Positions 19,549-28,631 are shown, counted from the first letter of the stretch. The stretch is DNA of 64,000 bases from an uncultured Gammaproteobacteria bacterium (GCA_964367355.1 CAYIWY010000002.1:7296-71295), one strand, 5' to 3'. Program-made: numbers and translations. Notes: generated from the letters alone by a model not told the origin.

Positions 19549-19887
19549 ATGGAAGATCTGGACCAGGAAAAGGGAACCCTGGATTACATGTGGGAACTGC
19601 TCGCCATGCCACTAGAAGGAATGCATGATTTAGTCGGCAAAGCTTGGGCAATATTTTACCTAATGGTTGCCTTTGTTTTGATTGGCGGATTGGTAAACAA
19701 AATACCGAGTGTCGAAATAAGCCGAGTGATCAATTTCGTTGCTCTTGTCGTCCTGGTTGGTTGTTTGGGAGTGGCAATCAAGACAAGCCCCAACCTAAGT
19801 AAGTGGTGGACATTTCCGGGACGAGCAGAATTGCTTGGAATTATGTCTGGTATTGGTCTGTCTGGATTCCTTTTGACCACAATCTAA
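19549..19887 (+). CDS. Orphan three-TM protein
   Basis: AAGGAG SD overlapping the upstream gene end; hydrophobic segments. Confidence 0.65.
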   Translation: MEDLDQEKGTLDYMWELLAMPLEGMHDLVGKAWAIFYLMVAFVLIGGLVNKIPSVEISRVINFVALVVLVGCLGVAIKTSPNLSKWWTFPGRAELLGIMSGIGLSGFLLTTI

Positions 19888-20066
19888 GGCCACTGGAACA
19901 AACTGTGCGATCTTTCTTATCTAAAGAATGGGAGTTGGACAAAAATAAAAGAGCAAATCATCAGATTTGCTCTTTCATCTTTTTTCAGTTCCCATTTTTT
20001 TTAGTCTTCCTAGACGCAGAGCGCGAAGCGATCTTAGATTTCCTAATCGCAGGACGCTTTAGGGGA

Positions 20067-20552
20067 CTATTTAACTGTAAATTTGTAAGAACCGGTAGTA
20101 GTTCCGCCAACAACCCAATTCAAGCTGTAACTAACCGTGTAGGTTCCGACAACCGATATTGAAACTGGGACAGACAGGGTTTTAAAGTCGGTCGAGAGTT
20201 TGTTACCGGTGGTGACAACGTCAACATTCTTATCTGAAACAACTTTTATTTCTGAGAGCGCGGCCAATGCTTTATCAACTTTTACAGAAACTGAAGTTGG
20301 TTTGGTTGTGAGACTTGCATTCGACGTTGGGTCGGTCGAAACAACGCTTTTAGAAGTAACTGCTGGAGATTCGCTTGTTTTATTTTCTTCAGTAGTTTTT
20401 GCGCCTTCCTCATCCAGCTTGACCTGGTCTTCTTGCTTGGTCGTACTTTTTTCTTCAGTTTTTTTGTTGCTGTTGGTCACATAGTAACCGCCAACTAATA
20501 ATATTAAAACTATGGCAATGATTATAAGGTTTCGATCTTTTATAAATTTCAT
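20067..20552 (-). CDS. Membrane-anchored CopC-like Ig-fold protein
   Basis: TM anchor, S/T-rich linker, GTYTVSY...GSYKFTVK C-terminus. Confidence 0.6.
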   Translation of the reverse strand: MKFIKDRNLIIIAIVLILLVGGYYVTNSNKKTEEKSTTKQEDQVKLDEEGAKTTEENKTSESPAVTSKSVVSTDPTSNASLTTKPTSVSVKVDKALAALSEIKVVSDKNVDVVTTGNKLSTDFKTLSVPVSISVVGTYTVSYSLNWVVGGTTTGSYKFTVK

Positions 20553-20770
20553 AAGGTCCTCCTGTAATTTCCAGTCTAACGACTAGTAAATAACTTGTCA
20601 AATAATATTTAATATAAGTTACTATATCAAAATATCCTGAATTCGAAGTCAAAAAGTAGTTTTGAACATAAGAAAGTTATATAAACACTCGATAACATCT
20701 CGCGCTTGTATCGCCAGAGCGATATAGTCGCAAATTGCTTCCTGTTTCGCTAACGCGATATAATAACTTT

Positions 20771-21391
20771 GTGTACATTATTCCTGTCGTAATTGCAGTT
20801 GTTATCGGATATTTCGTTTACCAGTATTGGAAATATAAAGCCTCAGATGATGGCGCACCGTATGTTGCCATGGACCAAGAGTTAGTTGCAACAATACTGC
20901 AAACAGCTGCTGTTAATGAAACTGATATTGTCTACGATCTTGGCAGTGGCGACGGTAGAATTCCCATCACCACCGCGCTTTTATTTCATGCAAGAGCCGT
21001 CGGGATTGAAATTGATAAACTGCGTTATCTCTATAGTCAATATAAAAGATTTATTTTGAGACTTGGAGACAAAGTAACTTTTCTCAATAAGAATATTTTC
21101 GAAGTCAATCTCTCTGAAGCAACAGTTGTCGTTATGTATTTATTGCAAGAAACCAACGAAGCTCTGACAGAAAAACTGCTTACTGAGTTAAAACCAGGAA
21201 CAATAATAATCTCCGGAGCTTTTAATTTTCCAGATTGGCAACCAATTTTTGTTGACCGGGATCATAAAACTCCCTTTGGTCCAATTTATTATTATCAAAT
21301 TCCTGGTACCGAACAAATCATACAAACACCGCAAACCACTTCCCCAACTCAACAAACCCCAGTTCAACCAGCACCCACCCCGACAAAATAG
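20771..21391 (+). CDS. Membrane-anchored class I SAM methyltransferase
   Basis: GAPYV, YDLGSGDGR, GIE, ELKPG. Confidence 0.88.
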   Translation: MYIIPVVIAVVIGYFVYQYWKYKASDDGAPYVAMDQELVATILQTAAVNETDIVYDLGSGDGRIPITTALLFHARAVGIEIDKLRYLYSQYKRFILRLGDKVTFLNKNIFEVNLSEATVVVMYLLQETNEALTEKLLTELKPGTIIISGAFNFPDWQPIFVDRDHKTPFGPIYYYQIPGTEQIIQTPQTTSPTQQTPVQPAPTPTK

Positions 21392-21453
21392 TTTTGGTTT
21401 GATTTACAAGCAAATTAAGAGTAAGATCAGCCTTGAAGTAAGGAGACTTTCAG

Positions 21454-21717
21454 TTGAAACAAACTTGGTTCTGCCCAAGATGTGAACACAACGGCATGAT
21501 GGAATTATCGCAAGAACCCACCACAATCGCAGCGATTATTGCCTTGCTCGAAAAAGAGCACCGAGAAAAATCACCGGATTGTCCGACTAAAACAACAGAT
21601 CTTTTAGTTGCAGTCCATGACCCAATCATCAGAGATTCTCCGTCGGGAACGAGAGGAATGGTTCGATTGGTACATGTAGAAAGGCACAAAGCAAACTTGG
21701 ACCGGTCTAGTGAATAA
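21454..21717 (+). CDS. Orphan small Zn-binding protein
   Basis: WFCPRC...H...SPDC; AAGGAG SD, TTG start. Confidence 0.6.
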   Translation: MKQTWFCPRCEHNGMMELSQEPTTIAAIIALLEKEHREKSPDCPTKTTDLLVAVHDPIIRDSPSGTRGMVRLVHVERHKANLDRSSE

Positions 21718-21776
21718 AAACTTGAAGGGCGTCTACAAAATTGTAGCCGTCCTTATGTTTGAAAGGGGAGTTAACA

Positions 21777-22016
21777 ATGATGTTTTTCTCGATGCGCTTC
21801 TGGACAGAAGAAGCAATCATTTTAGTGATTTCCTTAGTAGTGGCGCTGGGACTGCACTTTGTTGGTCTTGAAGGTTTCTTTAAAAGCTGGCCTTTGTTTC
21901 TTGGCAGTTTGTTGATCGTCTTGAGGATGATCGTAGTCGAAACGAGAGATAAAACAGTCGGTCTTGTCTGTGTCTTCTTGTTGATGATTCTAGGCTTGGG
22001 CGGAACCATCAACTAG
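21777..22016 (+). CDS. Orphan small membrane protein
   Basis: GGGGAG SD, three hydrophobic segments, terminator about 22031-22065. Confidence 0.6.
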   Translation: MMFFSMRFWTEEAIILVISLVVALGLHFVGLEGFFKSWPLFLGSLLIVLRMIVVETRDKTVGLVCVFLLMILGLGGTIN

Positions 22017-22233
22017 GAAAGCAACCCAAAAAAGCGTCCCCCTTGCAAGGAGACGCTTCTTTTTTACCTAATCCAAACAACATTTTAACGATCCTGGAAT
22101 CGAAAAACGAATTTTAAACCTGAGTATTAAGTTGTTCAATAGTTGTAAATTTGAATTGTAGAGAAATTAATTCTTTTTCGTAGTTTATAGAGGATTAGCT
22201 AAATAATTTTACCAATCTTCTGTTAAGTAAAAT

Positions 22234-22270
22234 AAAGGCTGTGGTTTACAAAGACTACAGCCTTTTTTTT
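22234..22270 (+). terminator. Intrinsic terminator with no ORF directly upstream
   Basis: AAAGGCTGTGGT/ACTACAGCCTTT stem plus T-run. Confidence 0.6.
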
Positions 22271-22662
22271 CGGACTCTACTGAGAAAGTGCCTCTTCAAG
22301 AGTCGTTGACATCATTTAGATGGTCAAGCGAATCAATCTTGTCCAAAGTTAGAATTGGAACACTCCGACACTTTTACCTCCATCCTCACTTGTAACTAAG
22401 CCGATAATATCAAAATAAGTACTTAAAGCCCATCGATCAAAGCTAAAAGGTGGTTTTTATATCTGAAAGATAGCTTTTATATTGATATATCAGCCTATTT
22501 TGGTAATTATAGGTTCAATTTTAGGAAAAGCAGAGAAGTGGCTAAATTGGCTAAATTTCTTGTTTTGCTTGATATATCAACCATTTTGGTCAATTTAAGC
22601 GCAAACAAATTTTTAAAGAAAAATCGACATGGTAAAAGTAGAGAATTTTGTAAAATCCTTTT

Positions 22663-23016
22663 GGGTAAAGTTTGAGAACAATACAGCAGAGAAGAGACCC
22701 GAAAAAAATTTAATAATAATCTACCGGAGAAGAGCGTGGTCTGACGTCGTATAAGATACATTGTGCGACGTAATAACAATTGAGGCTGGGCCTAGGAAGA
22801 GACCTCTGAGGAGGGGTCTGAGTAGCTCCAACAATAGAACAATTAACCAATCGGTCTCCGTGCTCCGAAAGTTACAGCACTAAACTTATTACTTACACCT
22901 ATAAAACAGTTTGTAGAGCCTTGCAGCGGCTCGTATTTACCAGGCATAAGGAGGTTCTAACCTGTAGGTCTGGTTTACGAGCAGTAAAGTCGTGGCGGTG
23001 GGTGTCAAAATTGCTT
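22663..23016 (+). ncRNA. Putative large structured ncRNA (may extend to about 23370)
   Basis: No credible ORF; many nested helices with + strand G-U pairs; TAAAAT at 22651-22656. Confidence 0.5.
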
Positions 23017-23562
23017 GTTTAATCAATCTATTTTTAATATTTTTAGCCTGAAAATTGATTGATTTAGCCTCGAAATTAGCACTCCCTTTTGGGTTTTGCA
23101 ATAGTTATCCACAATTTAGACCTAGGACTAAGTGAAAAGAGTGCGACAAAAAAAATTAAAGTCTAGGTTTTGCCAAAAGAGAAGAGTGGAGTCACAAACT
23201 TTTTCTGACTTCTTAACAGCACCGAAGAGTCTTTCGGTTTTCTTTCGCTCTCTCCCACCAATTAATGTCGGCCCTATAGTTATCTTTCCACACGTGGAAA
23301 CAACTATATCATACTACATCACTTATACCTTATAGTAAGTTAGTCTTTGCGTTATAAGACTACAACCTCTCCTCTACTTCCCTAACTACCTAAAAAAAAT
23401 CTCCGTTTGTCTTCGTTTAATATTTTTTTATTCGGAATATACTTTGCTCGAAGAAAAGGTTTGTAAAATACTTTCTTTCTGAAAACTTGAACTTGTTCCC
23501 ACTACCTTTCGAAAAAAAGTGCCCAAGTTACCCGAAAGTATCTTGGACACTTCAATTGAAAA

Positions 23563-23766
23563 CTACCGCCTGAACACTACCCCAGCAAGAGCAGGATTCA
23601 GCTTCCTTGGCAAACTCTGCGTTGATGTCGACGTCTTCTGCTTCTCCTTTTCCGCCGAACACCAAATACAAAGATGCCCGTTTGTTGTCATCTTTGCGTT
23701 ACCCGTATCGACCACATGCGGTTTCTTGTCGCTTCCGGGAAACCCGTAACAGTTGACTTTGCCCAT
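23563..23766 (-). CDS. Orphan small protein (C..H..CxxC)
   Basis: Bracketed by a consensus promoter (23904-23932) and a minus-strand terminator (about 23512-23552). Confidence 0.55.
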   Translation of the reverse strand: MGKVNCYGFPGSDKKPHVVDTGNAKMTTNGHLCIWCSAEKEKQKTSTSTQSLPRKLNPALAGVVFRR

Positions 23767-23903
23767 GAGGTTTGAGATCCTTCTACTCCAATTCGCAAGC
23801 CTTGCGAGACCTTCCTTGATCGAGTGTTTTAGGTGACTTCAAAAAAAAATCGCTTCTCTACTTCACACACACCTCCCTTTAGTAAACTCTTCCTCTAGGA
23901 AAG

Positions 23904-23932
23904 ATTATATATTTGAAAACACTACCAGTCAA
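23904..23932 (-). promoter_or_regulatory. Sigma70 promoter
   Basis: TTGACT-17 nt-TATAAT on the minus strand. Confidence 0.8.
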
Positions 23933-23943
23933 CTTTTCGGCAG

Positions 23944-24720
23944 TTAGATACCCCAATTTGTGGTTACAAAAAGTAAAAAGAAGACGCTAAAACCAACAAA
24001 AATGTATTCAATTGCCGCTCTTTTGGTTAGGTCTTTTTTGATCATGTGCTGCATAATTCCAAGTAATACATAAACCAAAGCTGTCATCGCAAGTCCAATT
24101 TTTGGCGGATCAAGTGGCCAAAACGAAAGTCCGGCTGCTAACTGCCCTACCAAAAACCCAGCAGCCAATGAATTAATTACCAGTTCCCGACTAAAAGTCT
24201 CCTCTAGCTCGATCTGCCAAAGTGCTTGGGAAAAAAGCAAACTACCGACAATAAAAGCGATAATACTCAAAAACCACCACGGAAACCCTAAACCAAACAG
24301 GAGTGAGAAAAATGAAAAAGCAACGAATAAAGTCACTAAATAGCCGACCGTTCTTGCAGCTCTAAGTAATGGTATATTCCGCTCAGCGGAGACATTGAAA
24401 ATATTTTCTGCTAAAAGGTTTGTGTAAAGTACAGTTCCATAAACGATCGATAAAAGTAAACGAACCTCAGTAATCGGCTTGTATTGGTTGATAAATAAAC
24501 CAAAACTTAAAGTCAAAAGGGTCGGTAAAACGAATAAAGTGATAAACTCAAAACCCTCTAAATCCTGATAAATTGACCACACGGAGAGCAAGTAGCTTCC
24601 CAGTACAAGAGCGGAAAGAAAATAAATTTTGAGTCGATCATCTACAAATGGGAAGGTAAAAAGAGAAATTGTCAATAGAGTCGTAGTAATCGAGATCTTT
24701 ACACGTTTAGTTAAAAACAT
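23944..24720 (-). CDS. Multi-pass membrane protein (DUF5656-like)
   Basis: About 9 TM helices, ENIFNV...IPLLRAA, FWP motif. Confidence 0.75.
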   Translation of the reverse strand: MFLTKRVKISITTTLLTISLFTFPFVDDRLKIYFLSALVLGSYLLSVWSIYQDLEGFEFITLFVLPTLLTLSFGLFINQYKPITEVRLLLSIVYGTVLYTNLLAENIFNVSAERNIPLLRAARTVGYLVTLFVAFSFFSLLFGLGFPWWFLSIIAFIVGSLLFSQALWQIELEETFSRELVINSLAAGFLVGQLAAGLSFWPLDPPKIGLAMTALVYVLLGIMQHMIKKDLTKRAAIEYIFVGFSVFFLLFVTTNWGI

Positions 24721-24728
24721 ATCTGGTT

Positions 24729-25253
24729 TTAAGTCTGTTGGGATTTTAGCACATGGCACATAGCTAAAGCTATGGCGTCGTAGGCATCATCACGAAATCG
24801 AAAAATTTCTTTACCAGCTTGGCTTTTAGGTATTGGTAACTCTTTAAGTTTCAACAGTTTCAAAACTCCTTCTTGAACTTGTTGTTTATCGGCTCGTCCA
24901 TGACCTCCAACCATGAGTTTCATTGTCAAACCAGTATAACCAACGATCGGTACATGTTTTTCGGCAGCTGCCAAATAAATTGCTCCAATCGCCTGCCCGA
25001 CTGCAATCGCAGTTCGAGAATTTACGCCGAAAAATATCTGCTCAACTGACATTATCTCTGGTTTATAGTCAACAAGAAGTTTGGTGATACCCTCTTTTAT
25101 AGACAACAAACGGTACTGAATCTCCCGTTCTTTGTCAGTCAAAATACAACCAAATTGTCGAATAGCAAATTTTGTTTTCCCGTTGGTGCCCTCTGCATTG
25201 AGAACTCCCCAACCGGTTGTAGCAGTTCCTGGATCAATTCCAAGGATTAACAT
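24729..25253 (-). CDS. ruvC: Holliday junction resolvase RuvC
   Basis: ILGIDPG, EQIFF, GHGRADKQQV, DDAYDA. Confidence 0.95.
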   Translation of the reverse strand: MLILGIDPGTATTGWGVLNAEGTNGKTKFAIRQFGCILTDKEREIQYRLLSIKEGITKLLVDYKPEIMSVEQIFFGVNSRTAIAVGQAIGAIYLAAAEKHVPIVGYTGLTMKLMVGGHGRADKQQVQEGVLKLLKLKELPIPKSQAGKEIFRFRDDAYDAIALAMCHVLKSQQT

Positions 25254-25265
25254 AAATTAGATTAA

Positions 25266-25577
25266 TTAAATGTGGTCAAAGTCGCCTTTTTGGCGCCGTG
25301 TGTCGATGTGTTCTAAAACTTTTGGGTATTCTTTATCTAAGTCTATACCATAGATTGCCGCAATACAAAAAAGTGAGTAAAGGCTGTCACAAACAGAATC
25401 GATTAACTCTGATTTTGACCGCTTCTGCGATTTCCAACCTTCTTCGACTTGAATCGCGTTCGCGAGTTCTCCGACTTCTTCAACAAGATCGGTTAACCGC
25501 TGGTAAATTTCCCATTTTTTGCCAGGCATTTGGTCGGAAACTTCTTTTGTTTTCTTAACTGCTTCGTTTAAATTCAT
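25266..25577 (-). CDS. MazG-like nucleotide pyrophosphohydrolase
   Basis: LVEEVGELA...ELID..D motif. Confidence 0.85.
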   Translation of the reverse strand: MNLNEAVKKTKEVSDQMPGKKWEIYQRLTDLVEEVGELANAIQVEEGWKSQKRSKSELIDSVCDSLYSLFCIAAIYGIDLDKEYPKVLEHIDTRRQKGDFDHI

Positions 25578-26323
25578 AAGGCCACTTTCTCCAGCATCTC
25601 GCTCGGAATGTCAAAATTAGCGTAAACTTTTTGGACGTCGTCGGAATCTTCGAGTTTTTCAAGCAAACTTAATACACTTTTGGCCTTCGACTCGTCAGTA
25701 ATTTTTATAGTGTTTGTAGCTTCCTTAATAACCTGCGCACTAGTTATTTCGTAACCAGCAGTAGAAATTGCTTCTTTAACTTTTACTAAATCATCGCTCC
25801 TGCAGAAAACAGTTGACTCTCCTTCATGTGATTCAATATCCTCTGCCCCACTATCAGCTGCTAGCAGGAAAAGTTCGTCTGGGTCTTTCCCGGAAATGTT
25901 AACTGAAATTGCCCCAATAGATTTAAAGTTATAAGCAACACTTCCAAGACCGGCGAGGTGTCCACCACTTTTATCGAGTAAACTACGAATGTCCGCGGCT
26001 GTCCGCATTTTGTTATCCGTGACCACTTCAATTAATAACGCTACACCAGAGGGTCCATAACCCTCGTAAACAGCTTCTTCGAGCGGTTTTGAACCTTCCC
26101 CTCCGATTGCTCTGGCAATCGCGCGCTCGATGTTGTCTTTTGGCATGTTAATCGACCGCGCGGCTTCAACAGCTAAACGTAGTTTGAAATTGGTATCAGG
26201 GCTCGCCCCATCACGAGCGGCAATAGTGATTAACTTGGACGCTTTAGTAAACGCTTGGCCACGTTTAGCATCGTTAGCCCCTTTTGCTCGTTTAATTGTC
26301 GACCACTTGCTATGACCGGACAT
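25574..26323 (-). CDS. yebC: YebC/PmpR (TACO1) family protein
   Basis: MSGHSKWSTIK, YEGYGP, DDVQKVYAN. Confidence 0.97.
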   Translation of the reverse strand: MSGHSKWSTIKRAKGANDAKRGQAFTKASKLITIAARDGASPDTNFKLRLAVEAARSINMPKDNIERAIARAIGGEGSKPLEEAVYEGYGPSGVALLIEVVTDNKMRTAADIRSLLDKSGGHLAGLGSVAYNFKSIGAISVNISGKDPDELFLLAADSGAEDIESHEGESTVFCRSDDLVKVKEAISTAGYEITSAQVIKEATNTIKITDESKAKSVLSLLEKLEDSDDVQKVYANFDIPSEMLEKVAL

Positions 26324-26509
26324 AAAATAACCTTTCTTGTGGTCGACTACGGAGCGCGAAGCGATCCATAGTACTCCACTTAGAATGTCCTGACATTTTT
26401 ATTTACTTTCCCTTGACCATTTTAGCCCACGCAGTGGTCGCAAAGCGCGAAGCGATTTACTATGACCTGACATATCTTAATTATCCTTTCAGTTGTAATG
26501 TCCTGACTT
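26310..26509 (-). repeat. Three extra, diverged copies of the yebC 5' end forming uORFs
   Basis: 26310-26396 MSGHSKWSTM...; 26399-26473 MSGHSK[26-nt insert]WAK; 26489-26509 degenerate (K)SGHYN*. Confidence 0.85.
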
Positions 26510-26665
26510 TTGCGTCAGCAAATGCAGCGTTTCTTAACGCACCATAATTGGCAATATTTTAACACATGCTAAACTCCAACAGTATTCGCCAAAATGCGAA
26601 GGCCGAAGACGAAGTCAAGGACTTGACAGGTAGTTTATAAATACTCTGTAATAAACTAGTTACTT

Positions 26666-27517
26666 ATGTCACAATCAGAACTCGATCCACGAAATCAAGA
26701 ATCAATTCAAGCTGCTTTGGAAGGAGCTTGGGAAAAAGCTGTCGAACTAAATATTCTCTTGTCTGAAGAATTCCCCGAAGACCTTGAAATCTTAAATCGC
26801 CTTGGCAAGGCCTACAGCGAACTCGGGCAAGTAAATAAAGCCAAAGCTACTTTTGAAAAAGTTTTGGAAAGCGATCCCTACAACCCAATCGCCACAAAGA
26901 ACCTTGAAAGACTTTCGACCTTACGCGGCTCGACGATCAAGCTTAAAGAACAAGCTACAAAACCACTTAATCCGGACATATTTATTGAAGAGCCAGGAAA
27001 AACAAAAACGATCTCTGTTACAGATTTGGCAATGCCAAAAGTATTGATCCACCTGCGGGTTGGAGACAGTGTGAAACTAAATACAACAAAAGATGCAACT
27101 GCCGTGATTTCAGAGGACAATCATCGCCTGGGAAAATTGGAACCGATTATTGGCCAGGATGTTTCACAAGCCTTTGCACTTGGAAGTGAGTTCTCAGCTA
27201 TAGTAAAAGCCATCAAAGTCGGAAAGGATGAAAAAAACTCTAGCTTGACAGTTTTCGTCCGTGAAACTAAACATAGTACTAAACTCGCCCACCCTGTTTT
27301 CACGTTTGAAAGTAATTTTACCCCTTTTGTTAGCGAAGAAACCATTTCTTATCTAAAGGATGAAGAACCTCTAAAAAGTGATGCTTCTGATGAAACCAGC
27401 GAAATTGAGGGCGAAGACATACCTTTAGATGATCATGGGGAACAAAATCACGAAGAAGAGACCAATCATCCGAAGATGGATCCAATTGAAGACGAAGAAG
27501 ATTTTTCCCCAAAATGA
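26666..27517 (+). CDS. TPR-containing protein with acidic tail
   Basis: LNRLGKAY TPR, DPYNPIA, FIEEPGKTK. Confidence 0.85.
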   Translation: MSQSELDPRNQESIQAALEGAWEKAVELNILLSEEFPEDLEILNRLGKAYSELGQVNKAKATFEKVLESDPYNPIATKNLERLSTLRGSTIKLKEQATKPLNPDIFIEEPGKTKTISVTDLAMPKVLIHLRVGDSVKLNTTKDATAVISEDNHRLGKLEPIIGQDVSQAFALGSEFSAIVKAIKVGKDEKNSSLTVFVRETKHSTKLAHPVFTFESNFTPFVSEETISYLKDEEPLKSDASDETSEIEGEDIPLDDHGEQNHEEETNHPKMDPIEDEEDFSPK

Positions 27518-27563
27518 AACTCTTTGAGCTTCGTTTTACTTCGTAAAATAAATTCCCAAAAAT

Positions 27564-28520
27564 TTAAGTTAGTTCGTCCTCTTCCGGACTAATCTCAATC
27601 GGAGCGGGTTTTGCTACAGATGCAGGTTGAACCACAGGTTTGGCAACCTCTTCTACTTTCGGTTCTGGTTCAATCGTAATTGCTTTCAGAGGCTCTGGTT
27701 TTATAACAACGGTTTCTTTTGCGGGTGGTTTAACTTCTGGTTGTTTTTCTACTTTCGCAACGCGAATGGAGTCATCTACATTTGCGGAGCGAATGGGTTC
27801 TGATATTTTCGGTGCCGGTTTTGGCGCCTCAACTTTTGGAGCTACTTTTGGAGCTTCCATCTTTTTTTCCTCCACTTTTTTCTCTTCAACTTTTTTTGGC
27901 TCCTCTTTCTTTTCTGTTGGTGCTTCTGTAACTTTAGCTTCTTTGACAACTGCTTTTTCTACTTTCTTCTCAGCCTCTTCTAATACTGGCTGTGGTTTTT
28001 CACTATCGGCTTCAAAACTTTTTTCTACCTTACCCTTAACCGACTCGATTGCCCCATAGGGAACAGTTAAGTTGTTTGCCGGTAGATGCAAAGTCACCTC
28101 ATTTCCAACATCAGCGCCAAAATGAGCTACAGCTGATGGTAAAACTTTATAAGAACCCTCTGGAGTGACCACCTTCCATTTACCATCCTTCTTAGTTAAG
28201 ATTCCCGTTGTCTTATGACGCTTTACATGTTCGATTTGCTTAAAACGTTTTTCCTTGCCTTCGTCAACAAGTTTTAGGCTGTCGCCAACAACCAACATAC
28301 TTTTACTAGCATAGTTTGCTGGCACCGGAAAGGTCTGGCCGTTCTCAGAGGCCATATTTTCACCATCAAAAATTCCGGCAATACCAGGAAGCTCAACCGC
28401 TTTTGGTTTAGCGATTACCCCAGAATCCACAAGATCGTTTAATAATTGTTTGGCCAGCTTTATACTACTCTCGGCTGCCCCTAGTGCTTGTCTGATTAAC
28501 TCAAGATTACTTTGATTCAT
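27564..28520 (-). CDS. Conserved CPR-type hypothetical protein with K/E/P-rich tail
   Basis: GIFDGENM..VPANYASKSMLVVGD domain; AGGAGG SD. Confidence 0.8.
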   Translation of the reverse strand: MNQSNLELIRQALGAAESSIKLAKQLLNDLVDSGVIAKPKAVELPGIAGIFDGENMASENGQTFPVPANYASKSMLVVGDSLKLVDEGKEKRFKQIEHVKRHKTTGILTKKDGKWKVVTPEGSYKVLPSAVAHFGADVGNEVTLHLPANNLTVPYGAIESVKGKVEKSFEADSEKPQPVLEEAEKKVEKAVVKEAKVTEAPTEKKEEPKKVEEKKVEEKKMEAPKVAPKVEAPKPAPKISEPIRSANVDDSIRVAKVEKQPEVKPPAKETVVIKPEPLKAITIEPEPKVEEVAKPVVQPASVAKPAPIEISPEEDELT

Positions 28521-28631
28521 TTGTTTTTTCCTCCTTTAATTATATCGTTAAGAAACTCTAAATTGCTCCATTATATCGTTAGGAAACTCATAATTTCATA
28601 ATTAGACTCAGGTATAATTGCTCCATTATAA

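Noticed and set aside
22663-23016. tmRNA, RNase P RNA or self-splicing intron
   Set aside because: The size fits, but tRNA-like ends, GGAAAGTCC/P4, group I P7 and group II domain V signatures were not found
22017-23560. Replication origin or terminus
   Set aside because: Only one perfect DnaA box (TTATCCACA, 23105-23113), no dnaA/dnaN nearby, no dif-like site seen and no obvious skew switch by eye; not fully excluded
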